A stretch of DNA of 63,697 nucleotides, counting the filler, from Chrysochromulina tobinii (Eukaryota), in NCBI GenBank assembly GCA_001275005.1. It is 7 parts of 7 records of this genome, joined end to end, with 100 filler letters (N's around TTAATTAATTAA, not from the genome) between each part and the next. Parts side by side here need not be neighbours in the genome. Positions count along the whole stretch, not along the records: positions 1 to 11,267 come from JWZX01000971.1; 6 more parts are not named here. One strand, written 5' to 3'. The position numbers were made by a program, and so were the translations under genes. The notes beneath the pieces were generated by a model. That model was not told the origin of the DNA. It saw only the letters and a program-made list of their open reading frames with translations, and ran no database searches. Positions 1 to 11,367 of the stretch are shown piece by piece (positions within the stretch are counted from its first letter, which is position 1; the number at the start of each line of letters is the position of its first letter).

Positions 1-122
1 ACGGCCGGGAGACCTCTCCCCGCCTATCCCCTTTCCCCCTGGCTGGGCTACTGATGGCCCCGCCGACTGTCTCTTCACACGGTGGTTCACGGCCGCTTAA
101 GGGGTCAAGCGGCATGGCATGA

Positions 123-1907
123 ATGGCATGGAAAAAAATGGAGTCAACGCGATGCTTGGCCGTCGGCCTCTCTGCAGGCCTCGGTCTTGGCTTCGCCCTG
201 TCGCTCGCGATGGGCAAGCAGAGAGTCGTGGCGGCCGTGGCGACTCCGGCGCCAGAGCCGCAGTGGCAAGCCCACGCCGAGTTTCTCGGTGATGCATTCA
301 ACTGGGTGGCATCACATGCACCGTGGTTTGAGTGTTCGGATGAAGACATCACCACCACGTACTACTACCGCTGGCGTCTCGTGTGGCTGCACATTCGACG
401 GACGCGTTTTGGGCCCGTGCTCACAGAGTTTCTAGGGCACGTGAATTGGGCCGGCCCGGCCGGCACGATCAATTGCCCGTTCGGCCATCAGGCTGCCGAG
501 GCACGCTGGGTGCGCGATGCTGGGCGGATGCTCGAGAACTACACCCTCTTTTGGTGGCGCCACCCAAAGGCGGATCGGCGTTACACGTGGTGGCCCGCAC
601 ACGCGACGCTCGAGGGCTTCCGGCTGCACGGCCGCCTCGACGTGCTCGAGCGGCTTCGCCCCCACCTCGAGGCCGAGTATGCACGTTGGGTCGAGCGCTC
701 AACGGTCCCGACCAAGGGCGCTCCCGAGTGTGCATGGCAGGCAGCACACGACGACGGCGAGGAAAACTCGATCGGCCTCGACGGTTGCCGGCCAACGATC
801 AACGCCGCCCTCTACGGGGAGGCCGCCGCGCTGGCCACGATCAGTCGTCTGCTCGGCGCGTCGGCTGCGCTGGTCGATCATTTTGAGGCGGATGCGCGCC
901 GCTGGCAAGCGGCGCTCGAGAGCCTGTGGCGGCCCGACCTTCGCTTCTTCGTCACGCGGGCGCTGCCGCCGCCCGCCAGCCGCGCCCGTGAGATCGCAGC
1001 GCGGCGCACGAAGCTCGGCTGCCTCTATTGCTACGGTCGAAGGCGAGGACCGAAGGCCTGCCCTCCCGACTGGCCCGCAGGCGAGCTGGTCGATGTGCGC
1101 GAGCTGCAGGGGCTAACGAGCCCCTGGTACCATCGAGCCGCACGCGCCGAGCATGCAGTCGCCTTCGAGCAGATTCGCTTGGAGCGTGGCTTTGCGGCGC
1201 CATGGGGCGTGACGACGGCCGAACGACGCCACCGATGCTACAACTTCTCAACCTGGTGCCCCACGAGTTGGCACGGTCCCGTCTGGCCGTTTGAGAGCGC
1301 CAAGCTGGGCACCGCGCTGATCAACGCGCTGCACGACGTGAGCCAGCGCGCCCGGTACGGCGCGCACGTGCGTCCCGCGGACTTTATCGCCTTCCTGGGC
1401 ACGTACGCGCGCATGCATACTCAAGGTCGAGCCCGCGACGTGCCGGCGGGCACCCCGTTCGTGGGTGAGAGCTTCCACGGTGACGAGGGCTACTGGCTCA
1501 CGCGCGAGCTGCTGTACGAGCGGCGCCAGGGCGATCGGAATCGTGGAGAGCATTACTTCCACTCATCGTACGTCGACCTCGTCCTCTCGGGCTTGGTCGG
1601 GGTGCACGTGCTGCTGCCGACCGACTTGGCTGCGCACGCGGAGGCTGAGCGGAGCACGAGCCCAGGCTTTGGCGCGGGCGGGGCGGCCCTGCTTGTCGTC
1701 GAGCCGCTCGTGGAGATCGGCACGCCGGCCGCGGTCACGTACTTTGCCACGAGCGGCATGCTTGTGCGTGGTCGGCAGGTTGCCGTGGCCTACGATGGCA
1801 CGGGGGGCGAAAGGCCCCGGTATGGCATTCGCGGCCTCGCCGTCTGGCTCGACGGGGTGCTGGTCGCGCAAGCCCCAGGGCTGAGGAGGCTCGTAGTGCG
1901 GTTGTAG
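123..1907 (+). CDS. Six-hairpin glycoside hydrolase, MGH1-like/GH63-related, with N-terminal membrane anchor
   Basis: 594-aa intronless ORF. Motifs FECSDEDITTTYYYRW, DDGEENSI, RPTINAALYGEA, WHGPVWPFES and HYFHSSYVDLVLSGLVG are typical of this family. Hydrophobic N-terminus; the true start may be the ATG at 138. Confidence 0.75.
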   Translation: MAWKKMESTRCLAVGLSAGLGLGFALSLAMGKQRVVAAVATPAPEPQWQAHAEFLGDAFNWVASHAPWFECSDEDITTTYYYRWRLVWLHIRRTRFGPVLTEFLGHVNWAGPAGTINCPFGHQAAEARWVRDAGRMLENYTLFWWRHPKADRRYTWWPAHATLEGFRLHGRLDVLERLRPHLEAEYARWVERSTVPTKGAPECAWQAAHDDGEENSIGLDGCRPTINAALYGEAAALATISRLLGASAALVDHFEADARRWQAALESLWRPDLRFFVTRALPPPASRAREIAARRTKLGCLYCYGRRRGPKACPPDWPAGELVDVRELQGLTSPWYHRAARAEHAVAFEQIRLERGFAAPWGVTTAERRHRCYNFSTWCPTSWHGPVWPFESAKLGTALINALHDVSQRARYGAHVRPADFIAFLGTYARMHTQGRARDVPAGTPFVGESFHGDEGYWLTRELLYERRQGDRNRGEHYFHSSYVDLVLSGLVGVHVLLPTDLAAHAEAERSTSPGFGAGGAALLVVEPLVEIGTPAAVTYFATSGMLVRGRQVAVAYDGTGGERPRYGIRGLAVWLDGVLVAQAPGLRRLVVRL

Positions 1908-2085
1908 CCGACAGACAAGTGCGCTTCGCAAGGGCACGCCGAATGGAGTTCCCCCCTCTGTTCCTTCCGCGCCAGAACAGTGCGGTGTAGATTTACGCTC
2001 TCGCCATTGAGCATTTGGCGAATTCGCGTCATCGCGAGCGTCTTCACGGAATATTCTTCGGAACGTTTCGTGTGATTATTCGGAG

Positions 2086-2817
2086 ATGGCAGGAACGCTG
2101 TGCTCGCTCGCGGCACTCACGACCGCCGCCTGGTCCGTACAGTCCACGTCGTCACCTGGGGCTATCCGAGCTGCTGCTGCTCTGTGCATCGATGAGTTTG
2201 AGAAGCTGCCGCTGCCGCTGCTTCCATATCCAGGATGGCAGGAGCGCGCGAGGGAGGAGGCCGTTATGAAGTGGACTGCAAGTCGAGAGCCGCTTTTGGC
2301 GGGTTCGCAGCCGCATGCGCTGATAGTAGCGGTTCGAGACGAGACCGACTCGGGGCGTTACTTTGAGGGCGTTTCCGACGAGTTGCTCGGCTTTGCAGAG
2401 ATGGGTCTCTTGCCGGCGCCACCCGAGCGCCGGGTGGCAGAGCCAGTGACGGCAGCGGAGGCGGCGGCAGCGTCGAAGGCTCGCAGTAATCCGCTGCTGT
2501 ATCCGTACCTCGCCAACCTCGCCGTTAAGCGCGGAGCGCGGCGTCTTGGCCTCGGGAAGGAGCTCGTGCTCGCCACGGAGCGCAAAGCCGCTGACTTTGG
2601 ATTCGATCGCCTCTACATTCGGGTTGACAGGCAAAACTTTGATGCGCGGCGGTTATACGATCGGCTTGGATATCGGCTCGTACACATGCAGCCACGCACA
2701 GACGTACGAAAAGGGGCTGGCGCAGATCTCTTCCTACGCAAGGACTGGGTGCGAGAGGACAACGAGGCGCGGGCGGACACGGAGATCGCCGCACGTGGCA
2801 CGAAAATGAGTCTGTAG
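2086..2817 (+). CDS. GNAT-family N-acetyltransferase
   Basis: YLANLAVKRGARRLGLGKELV (acetyl-CoA motif A, R/QxxGxG) and VDRQNFDARRLYDRLGY (motif B). Confidence 0.85.
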   Translation: MAGTLCSLAALTTAAWSVQSTSSPGAIRAAAALCIDEFEKLPLPLLPYPGWQERAREEAVMKWTASREPLLAGSQPHALIVAVRDETDSGRYFEGVSDELLGFAEMGLLPAPPERRVAEPVTAAEAAAASKARSNPLLYPYLANLAVKRGARRLGLGKELVLATERKAADFGFDRLYIRVDRQNFDARRLYDRLGYRLVHMQPRTDVRKGAGADLFLRKDWVREDNEARADTEIAARGTKMSL

Positions 2818-3741
2818 TTGAAATTGTGCGAATGGTGATCTCAGGCCGGCGCGGCCAATATGTACTGTCTAATGAAAATGCGTAAATGCGAAAGGCCTTT
2901 AAGGCGCGAATGAAAGCGCGGCGCGAAGTACGAGACGGCGGGTCGGGTGGGCGGGTGCCCCCGTGCGCGGGGGCGTGCGGCGCGCGGCGACGGAGGGTTG
3001 TCGCGCCGGCGGCCGGGCCGGCTGCGGGCTCGCGCCTCGCCGCCGCGCCGCCCCCGCGCCGGCGCGCGGCTTTCGCCCCCCGCTCCGCTCACCGGACACC
3101 CGCAACCCGCGGCATACGACCGTTCGAGCCAAGCCGAGCCGTTCCGGTTCGACAGTTTGTTGTCCGCTTGTTCACCCGCACGCTTCTCGCATCTCGCTTG
3201 CGCCGTTCCGACCCGGGACCGCCCGGCCGGGGGCGGAGCGCGGACTAATGCGCGGACTAAGCGGAAATAGCGTGGTCGCTGCAATATCGCGGCATGTGTT
3301 GTAGTTGTATCGCGGCAACCATAGGTAATCAATACGATATACTGGTTACAACTGCACTACTGGGCGGTAGCGGTCGTCTCTCGACTCGGACTCGGACGAC
3401 ACGCTTTACCGAGATACCTTGTACAGTCTCCTGTATGACTATCCGTGGGACATGCCATGCTCTGCCACCCCACATGCTTTGATTGTTGGTTCTGATGCGC
3501 GAATACTAGATGTTCGTGCACATGCGTGAATCTATATACATGCGATCATGATGATGACGGTCCTGTTTCTGTGCATTGTGCCTACTGGTGCTGCACATAC
3601 GATGAGGCCCGGTGGAGCACGAGGGGCATGCGGCATGGTGATGGCGTTCATTGTGACCAAGTGTGGTGTTGAAGGCTCGACCGGCGGACCGCGACGCGAT
3701 TTATGAAGGCTTTGAGCACAGACGAGATTCATCGCGTTGCC

Positions 3742-5220
3742 TTAGGCCACACCGGCATGCGCCATGCCCCAGCCCTGCACCCGCTGCACTATTGCGAGTG
3801 CCACATTCCTCGTGAGCCGGCTCTTGAGGCTCGTCTGCAGGTTGAGAACCTGTCGGCGTGCTCCCCGACGCAGGGGTCGCGCATCCGACTGCACGCCCAT
3901 CTCGACGCCCATCTGCACGCCCATCTCGTGGTTGGGAGCCTGGCAATGCCACCAGCAGAGGAGTAGCAGCGCGAGCAGCATGATTGCGAACGGGATCAGC
4001 TGCTGGCAAGCCCTACGCAACAGCTTGGCATCCACACGCATGGCACAGCCCTCTTCACTGCTGATGGTCCCATCGTACGACGCCCTGGCTGGAAGCTGGG
4101 AGCTGTGATCAACAGTTGCGGCCATCGGTGCCGGTTCCGAGTCCTCCATAGTCGCCTCACACTCGGGCACGGGGCTCAGGCTGGCTGATGCATCAAAGCG
4201 ACCGAACGCCAACTCGTCAAGATGATGGGGCCACTCGCTCGTCTCTGGTTGATGGCCCAAATGCCATCGGACGCGCCCAATCTCATGGTCCACCGCGTGT
4301 TCACAGTCCACTGCGTGCTCACAGTCCACCGCGTCCACGGTCTTCGGCGTCGACTCGACCACGCCCATGACGTACTCTCGGCGTAAGCTCGGCGTAACCA
4401 CGGTCGTCGGCGTCGACTCGACCATGTCCACGGCCGTCGGCGGCGATTGCGTCCCGCAAAGGGCGTCCATGACTGAGGCGGGGCTGCTATCGCCGACGAC
4501 TTCGGCTTTGTCAAGGTCACTTTGCTCCTCGAGCTTCGTCGCCTCGAGCTTCGTCCGCCGGATCCACCACGAGTCCTGGAGGTCTTTCGGAAGTGGAGAG
4601 GCAGGTCCGCCGCGGCTGTGATCAGCTGCACAAACCAAGCTCCGCTGTAGCTTTGCGACCGCGTCCCACGAGATCGACCGTGCCAGTGCCAGGTCCTGCT
4701 CCTTGGCTTGCGTCTGCGTCAGCACTTTGGGTGGTGCAGCTGTAGGTGCGGCCACGGCTGACTCCATGCCGACCATGGCTGACTCCACTTCCCATGAGGC
4801 AGCGGCATCGGCCTCTTTTCTCCCCTTCTCTCCTGACGCCTCTGCGATGGCCAGCTTGTGGGCGCGCGCCCGCGCCAAGCGTTCTGCGCGTTCTTCGGGC
4901 GACGGCGGCACAAGAGCGTCGACGCGCAAATCTTGCTCATCATCTTGTTCGACCATGACAGGCCGAGCTGAATATGGATATGCATCCGTTGGAGTGAAGG
5001 ATTTCTTGGATCGCTTGCGGCGCCGTAGCCATGTAGACTTCACCGCAAGGGACGTCACGAGAAACATGCGCGCGCCGGCCAACGTCCACGGGGCTGCGCC
5101 GCCCCGTGTGACTAGCACGACAAGGTCCGGCCGCAACGTGGCGCCGCCAAGAGCGTCCGACAAATCTGCCCGCCCCCTGCGTTCAACTCGTGCAGAGTCT
5201 GCTGCCTCTCTGCGCACCAA
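3742..5220 (-). CDS. Hypothetical protein with C-terminal transmembrane segment
   Basis: 492-aa ORF with acidic/low-complexity body, short internal repeats (VESTP, AVDCEH) and hydrophobic IPFAIMLLALLLLCWW. Real start probably near 4956 (MVEQDDEQ). Confidence 0.5.
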   Translation of the reverse strand: MVRREAADSARVERRGRADLSDALGGATLRPDLVVLVTRGGAAPWTLAGARMFLVTSLAVKSTWLRRRKRSKKSFTPTDAYPYSARPVMVEQDDEQDLRVDALVPPSPEERAERLARARAHKLAIAEASGEKGRKEADAAASWEVESAMVGMESAVAAPTAAPPKVLTQTQAKEQDLALARSISWDAVAKLQRSLVCAADHSRGGPASPLPKDLQDSWWIRRTKLEATKLEEQSDLDKAEVVGDSSPASVMDALCGTQSPPTAVDMVESTPTTVVTPSLRREYVMGVVESTPKTVDAVDCEHAVDCEHAVDHEIGRVRWHLGHQPETSEWPHHLDELAFGRFDASASLSPVPECEATMEDSEPAPMAATVDHSSQLPARASYDGTISSEEGCAMRVDAKLLRRACQQLIPFAIMLLALLLLCWWHCQAPNHEMGVQMGVEMGVQSDARPLRRGARRQVLNLQTSLKSRLTRNVALAIVQRVQGWGMAHAGVA

Positions 5221-5267
5221 TACTGCTGTGAATTATAACCATTGGCTGTGAAGCACACGTCGCGTAC

Positions 5268-5543
5268 ACTCTCCGGGCCCCCTAGCACAAGGGCCTCTAT
5301 CGCTATGAGGCCGTGAATCGGCAGAAGTTGGGGGCGAGGCAACCACCTTCGCACCTTGTGGTTTACCGCCTCACACGAACCAAGAAGACTAGAAGAGTAT
5401 CTGATGGTGAGTCTTCTGCTGCTGCTGTTCAACACAACACGCACGCAGTACCTCCGGACCCCAAGCACGAGCGGGCCTCTATCGAGTCTGCTGCTGCTGC
5501 TGTTCAACACAACGCGCGATACTCTCCGGACCCCCTAGCACAG
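5268..5543. repeat. Degenerate ~75-bp tandem repeat
   Basis: Recurring ctgctgctgctgttcaacacaac and ctccggaccccc(t/a)agcac...gggcctctatcg blocks. Confidence 0.55.
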
Positions 5544-6018
5544 GTCTACGAGTACAATGTAAAGAATTCTTCTTGGCTGTGATCAATACGCTTAAATACG
5601 CTGCCTCCGGGAAAGAAAAGCGTCCAGTGCGGTCCCTCGAAAAATGAAGATGAGGGGGGGGGGGCAAAACGAAAGCCTACCAAGGACGGAATGGCCTGGC
5701 CCTGCGAGGATTTCGTCCACATGGTGTCTTACATGGTGTCGAAGAGTGTTTGGTGTGAGGAGCCCTTCTGGTGATGAGGCCGGAGGGAACTGCAAGCAGT
5801 CCAAGGTGCAGTCTGCAGTGTGCAGAGTCGAGGCTGATGAAAAATGTTAAAATCCTGACTCAAAAGTCAAATGACAAATCCCGCCTGCGCGTGCGCGAGC
5901 GAATTTTCCGCCGCAGCTCGTAACGATGGCATTATAGTTGGCTACCTCGATTGGCTAACGGACGTGACCCGCTGTCGATCGGTCAACGAATCACAAAACC
6001 TGAAATACTCGGCCGGCG

Positions 6019-8868
6019 CTAGCTCGGTCCTCGTGCTGGCTCCACGATGGTCACGTGCTTGGGCTCACCACCTAATTTCGCCGTCGCCGGGCGAGGAGGC
6101 GAGGCATCATGTGAGGCGGGATGCGCAGATGCGCCGCTGGCCGCTTCCGCCGCCACGTTCTGAAGCTCTATGGTGCTCATGGCCGCCTTGCTCTTGCCTG
6201 AGCTCTTGCCCCCCGCCTTGCCCTCCAGCGCCGCTCGGCCCTTGCCGACGCTCTGTTGTGCTTGCCGCTTGCGCCGTTGGTTTAGGCGCGCGCGGATGAT
6301 GGCGCGCACGATCTGGCAGTACTGCATGAGCGTGCGGCGTCGGGTAGGCACGGCGTGTGCCGACTTCTCGTTCATCGCGATGCGGATCTGCGTGTAGGCC
6401 TCGCCCAGGATCGCGAGGAAGATGTTCATCATGATAAGCACCATCACGATGATGTACAGGAAGAAGAACATGAGGCCCGGCGAGATGCCCGGCTGGCGCA
6501 TGCGCATTCCGGGCACGTCAAACGAGCCGAGCATCACGAGGAGGAGCGAGATCACAGCCTGGTCGAACGTCGCGTATTCGCGCATCTGGGAGCCGAACAA
6601 TTGCATCGCCATCATCGCGAAGGCGATCATCAGGATGAGCAAGAAGATGATGAAGTAGCCCATGTCGGCCGCGGCGCGCGTGAGCACGAGCCAGAGCATA
6701 GCAGTCGAGTCGTTGAGCTGCGCATACTTGAGGAACTTGAAGAAGAGCGCGATGACGCAGAGGGAGTCCAGCGCGAAGGAGAGCTTGTAAAGTGCGCCAA
6801 TGGACGCGAAGTCGGTGTACTCGTTCTCGAAGATGGCCTCGGGTGGGTAGAGGCTGTTAAGCAGCAGGACCTGGTAAAAGGTCGACAGGAAGAACCCTAG
6901 AAGCACGATGCACTCAAGCAGGTTCCACACGTCGGACATCCACTCGCCAATCCATCCCGTCTTCTTGACGGAGGCGTAGACGAGGGAGACCTGCACGGAG
7001 ATGTAGTAGAGCACAAAGCCCGAGACGATGAGCTGCAGGGTGGTCGCGGTGAGCTTTTCAGGCGTATCCATCTTGTAGAGCTCTTGGCTCAGGGTGGAGA
7101 TGGACGTGGAGGGGAACACGCGCCCGCCCAGGCTGAACTCGAAGGCGAAGGTGATGCACATGAAGACGTTCAGGTTGCCGTTGTAAAAGGTCATCTTCAT
7201 GAACATGGCCCGTGACGACTGGTCGAGCCACAAGTTGTCCTTCAGTTGCTGGAGTGCGAGCAGGATGTCGTCGCGCGCCGCTGTGCTCCGCTCGCACACC
7301 CCGTTCGGGTTGGGGTTGGGATCGTCGGCAGGGCGCTGGCGGCAATCGAGCAGATTGTCCGTGTCGCGCACGTAGCCGCCGGCGGAGTAGGAGACGCCCG
7401 GGAAGTTGGTCGACAAGAAAGGGCTCTCTTTGGTCTCCTCCGCGCTCCTATAGGTGAAGGCGCGGCACAATTTGCGGATGTCCATCGCGTTGAGCGCCGC
7501 GGTCGTGGGTGGCTCGCCCCCGTAGTTATCGAGGTACCGATCCGGCGGCGGCGGCGGCGCGGGGATCATGTCGCACGAGCCGTGGACGTTCAAGAGCTCC
7601 GCGCCAATCGAGAACGGGCGCGTGTCCTCGTTCTGAGGGCTCGGGTCCGTCCAACACTCGTCGATGAAATTCTGATCGAAGATGTGCGTGCCGTTGGTGA
7701 GCTTTCGCTTCTGGAGGCTCGGCTGTATGCACCCTACGTTGGGTCTCGCGCGCACGGTTCGGAAGCGGATGCCGCCCACCACGCGATTGTACGTCATCAC
7801 CGCGCCCACCTCGCGCGGTGAGAATGGGTCGCCATTGTATTTGCTGTCGGGGTAGATACCTTCGATGACGACCTTCTCGATCCAAGTGAAGATATCTGAG
7901 AAGCTCGAGATGTCATTGTAGGTCTTCTCATTGTAGTCGCCATATTTATTATTCACGAGTAGCTCGCGGATCGCGCTCACTTGGAAGTAGCCCTCGCGCT
8001 CGCCGCCGGCCCGGCGCAGGAACGTGGACACGATGAAGAGCGTCATGAAGACGACGAAGACTGGCAGCTCGCGATAGAGCTGTTTCTTGTTGATTTTCTT
8101 TATCTTTGCGGTCTTGACGGGTGCACCCACCTGCTGCGCCGGCTCCTCCTCCTCCTCCTCCTCCTCCTCCTCCTTCAGCTGCTCCTGCTCCCCAAGCAGA
8201 AGCTGCAGCAGCGCGTCAGGGTCATCGAGGTCTTCCTCGTCTTTTGTCTCGTCCTCGCGCACCTTGAGCAGCACGTGTCCGTACTGGTTTTCGAACCCGC
8301 TCAGCTCGTCCCGCACGGACGCGTTGCCGCGCCACACCTCGTCCCGCTCGTTGACGATCTGCACATCATCCGGATGAAGCTCGAAGATGCGACACGCGTC
8401 CGTCAGCAAATAGTCGAACGTGTACGATTCGTCGGTGACGCGGAAGACGGCCTCCTCATCCTCGTAGAGCACGCTCACCTCGCGCAGCTCGGACTCCTTG
8501 TCCGCCTGCTTCAGCAGCTTCCTGATCTGCTGAGCTTTCGCATCCTTGAGCTCCTGAACGGCCCGCGAAAGGGTGTGCTCGAACACCTTCTTCATAGCGG
8601 CAGCCTCGTTGCTCAACACCTCGCGGCGCGCAGTCTCGGCACGCGAAGACGCTGAGCGCTGGGTGATTTCGGCAACATATTTCTCGCACCGCTCACGCAC
8701 CGCCGCGAGCTGCTCCTGCCGACTCTTGAGCTCGCGTGACTCATCCACAAGCGTCGAGTGGCTCACAGCAATGTCGTCGCGCTTAAGCTCGAGCTTTTGT
8801 CGTATCAGATCGAGCTTCTTTATGGCTTGGGAAGATGAGAGGGATTTGTTGTCCATTGTCGCGCACAA
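6019..8868 (-). CDS. Polycystin-2 (PKD2/TRPP-like) cation channel
   Basis: TOP domain motifs YNRVVGGIRFRTVR and LKDNLWLDQSSRAMFMKMTFYNGNLNVF; six TM segments; pore region LLLVMLGSFD; S6 MMNIFLAILGEAY; N-terminal coiled coil; intronless. Confidence 0.9.
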   Translation of the reverse strand: MCATMDNKSLSSSQAIKKLDLIRQKLELKRDDIAVSHSTLVDESRELKSRQEQLAAVRERCEKYVAEITQRSASSRAETARREVLSNEAAAMKKVFEHTLSRAVQELKDAKAQQIRKLLKQADKESELREVSVLYEDEEAVFRVTDESYTFDYLLTDACRIFELHPDDVQIVNERDEVWRGNASVRDELSGFENQYGHVLLKVREDETKDEEDLDDPDALLQLLLGEQEQLKEEEEEEEEEEPAQQVGAPVKTAKIKKINKKQLYRELPVFVVFMTLFIVSTFLRRAGGEREGYFQVSAIRELLVNNKYGDYNEKTYNDISSFSDIFTWIEKVVIEGIYPDSKYNGDPFSPREVGAVMTYNRVVGGIRFRTVRARPNVGCIQPSLQKRKLTNGTHIFDQNFIDECWTDPSPQNEDTRPFSIGAELLNVHGSCDMIPAPPPPPDRYLDNYGGEPPTTAALNAMDIRKLCRAFTYRSAEETKESPFLSTNFPGVSYSAGGYVRDTDNLLDCRQRPADDPNPNPNGVCERSTAARDDILLALQQLKDNLWLDQSSRAMFMKMTFYNGNLNVFMCITFAFEFSLGGRVFPSTSISTLSQELYKMDTPEKLTATTLQLIVSGFVLYYISVQVSLVYASVKKTGWIGEWMSDVWNLLECIVLLGFFLSTFYQVLLLNSLYPPEAIFENEYTDFASIGALYKLSFALDSLCVIALFFKFLKYAQLNDSTAMLWLVLTRAAADMGYFIIFLLILMIAFAMMAMQLFGSQMREYATFDQAVISLLLVMLGSFDVPGMRMRQPGISPGLMFFFLYIIVMVLIMMNIFLAILGEAYTQIRIAMNEKSAHAVPTRRRTLMQYCQIVRAIIRARLNQRRKRQAQQSVGKGRAALEGKAGGKSSGKSKAAMSTIELQNVAAEAASGASAHPASHDASPPRPATAKLGGEPKHVTIVEPARGPS

Positions 8869-9189
8869 GTCTTCCTATCGACCAAACCAAGGAGATGCGA
8901 GGTCGACGCCAGGACCGCGGGTGGCCGAGCTCGCTGGCACGCAGGCGCAGCAGCACCCCTTCGCCAGCCGGCCAAGAAATGGAGCGCCATCTTCGCGCTG
9001 TGGTGGGCGTTTTGGAAGCCACTCCCCCCCGATCGAACAGGCCGCGTCCTGTAGATCTAGAAGATCTATGTACGCGCATTGTGTACGCGGTCCGCCGGCC
9101 CCGCGGCCGGTACTGTAGGACGTCCAGGGGTATAACGATAAAACGAACCTGGGTTTGCGGCCGCGTGTTCGTTACCTCAGGAACGACCG

Positions 9190-11267
9190 CGGGACAGATC
9201 AAGGGCGTGCCGACGAAGCTCGCATCAGGCGACGAGGTGCGCATGATCTGGTCGGGCGACCTGGGCACGGCACGCGTGCGCAACGGCCTCAATCGCATCG
9301 CTGCAATCACGGCCGAGCAAGGCATCAAGAGCTCGGAGGAGGTCAAGAAGCTCAAGGGCGAGCTGGAGAAGCAAATCAAGGTGAACGTCGAGGCCATTCT
9401 CGAGCAGGACGCCAAGATCACGGCGTACTCCGTGCACATGCAAGGGCTCATGGACAAGCAGGCCGCGGTGATGACCGAGATGCAGAGCCAGCACGCCTCG
9501 GCGATGGAGGACCTGCACAAGCAAATGGCGGCGAGCGAGGTGGCGCACACGACGCACACGGCGGATTTGCACAAGCAGATGGCGGACACGGACGCGCAAC
9601 ACGCGGCCGCGATGGACGACCTGCGCAAGGTGGTCCAGCAGCAGCAGCAGCAGATGGGCGACATGCAACAGGTGGTCCAGCAGCAGCAGCAGATGCAGCT
9701 CAGCTTCACGACGCAGTTTGGCGATCTTTTCAACTTCATGAACGCTGTCACCGCCGAGATGATTGAGCAGCGCAACGCGGTGAAGGCCTCGGTGTTGGCG
9801 ATCAAGGAACTCAAGGACGGTCAGGCGGGGTATGTGGATGCAATAGCACGGCGGCAGTGCGCGGTGCTGCGTCAGGTCTTTGCTATGCACACGCGAGTCA
9901 CCGCCCTTACATCTCTCGTACCCGCAGGTCCGACTGAGAAGCGACTGGTGGGAGACGGCGTGACGAGTCGAGACTTCCAGGCAGGAGAGGGGGATGGGAC
10001 GAAGGCAGACGAGCAGGCTAATGTCGTGGGCAAGCATGGCGCGAGCCGTGGAGGGGACGTGCGAGCCCACGAGGGAGACGCAGCCGTAGGCGCAGCCGCT
10101 TGCGCGAGGCTGGCCTCGGACACTCGAGGAGCCGATGGACCTAACGGGTCGGCAGAGCCCGGTGGACGAGTGCCCCATGAGGGTGACCAGAGCATGCACT
10201 GTGCTGTGAGAGAGAGTGGGTGCACTCGAGATCGCCGTTCCGGAGAGAGCCCGCCATGGATCAATTGGCGAGGAGGGGCGAGTGGCATGCTAGACGGACT
10301 TTGTGGCATATCGGCCCTGGGCGTGTCATACGTCGAGTCTGTGTCTATGTCTATTTCGATACCTATGTCGGCTTCGAGGATCAGTTCACTTCCAGTCCGC
10401 AACGTCAGAGAGCGTCGAGTCGGGCACGGCAAGTTTGGAGTTTTTGCGAGCACGCGTGGTTTCCATGCGATACTCGTTCTACTTCTCAGCTGCGCGGCAC
10501 GCTGCGAGGCTTTCTCTGGAGTGGCTTCGTGCTGCACGACGATGGAGCTGCGACGCGCGGACGGTGCGACTCTACTATGCCGGGATACTGCGGAGCTGCT
10601 CTGCTACGATCGGTCGGCATTGCAACGCTTTGGGATCACAGAGCGTGGGGCCTCGTGCGGCGACGGAGGGTCGGCGTTTTGGAAATGCTTCGACACGGTC
10701 GGAGGTAATCCAACACCAACGGCGAGCGGCACAGCCGCCGAGCAAGAGGCAGAGCCAGAGCCTAGCCCGAGGTGGGCGCCAGATGGTCAAAATGAGAGCA
10801 AGGAGCGATCGACAGTCAGTCAATCATCGACGGATATGTCGAGGCCTATTACGGATGCGGCAGGCGGAGTCGAACTCATCGTTGCGCAGCAGTCAGCGCG
10901 CGTGCGGAGAGCATCTTGGCGCGTTACGCGATGCAACAGCGCGGTGACAGATCCGAACGGCCTGCAACGGCGACGCCTTCGCTGGCACTTCAGCCGACGA
11001 GCGTGGAAGAAGCTTATGAGGTCGCTGCGTGGGAACACGGTTGCGGAGATGTTCAATGTTGCGCTCTGGAACGCGCGTGAATTCCATGCGGACGCGTGCC
11101 CTGCCCACGAGGCTTCTCGGGCGAAAGCGCTGTGGATCATGCGAAGGTTACAGGAGGAGGATGTTGACGTTTGCTTCCTGCTAGAGGTGATGGGATCACA
11201 GGAGGCGTTCACAGCGAAGACCTATGGGTTGCGCGCTATGGCGAAGAAGGTTGGCTATGTGGTGCGC
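9190..11267 (+). mobile_element. 5' part of a non-LTR (LINE-like) retrotransposon ORF: coiled coil followed by the start of an AP-endonuclease domain, truncated by contig end
   Basis: Part of ORF 8835..contig end. The C-terminal FNVALWNAREFH...RLQEEDVDVCFLLEV matches EEP/APE motifs I-II (WN..., D.....E). No RT visible because the contig ends. Left boundary approximate. Confidence 0.6.
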
Positions 11268-11367
11268 NNNNNNNNNNNNNNNNNNNNNNNNNNNNNNNNN
11301 NNNNNNNNNNNTTAATTAATTAANNNNNNNNNNNNNNNNNNNNNNNNNNNNNNNNNNNNNNNNNNNN
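11268..11367. other. Artificial contig spacer
   Basis: 100 nt: N-run + TTAATTAATTAA (stops in all six frames) + N-run. Confidence 0.99.

Noticed and set aside
2820..3480. MITE or structured RNA in the very GC-rich intergenic stretch
   Set aside because: I could not identify terminal inverted repeats, a target-site duplication or a recognisable RNA fold by eye.
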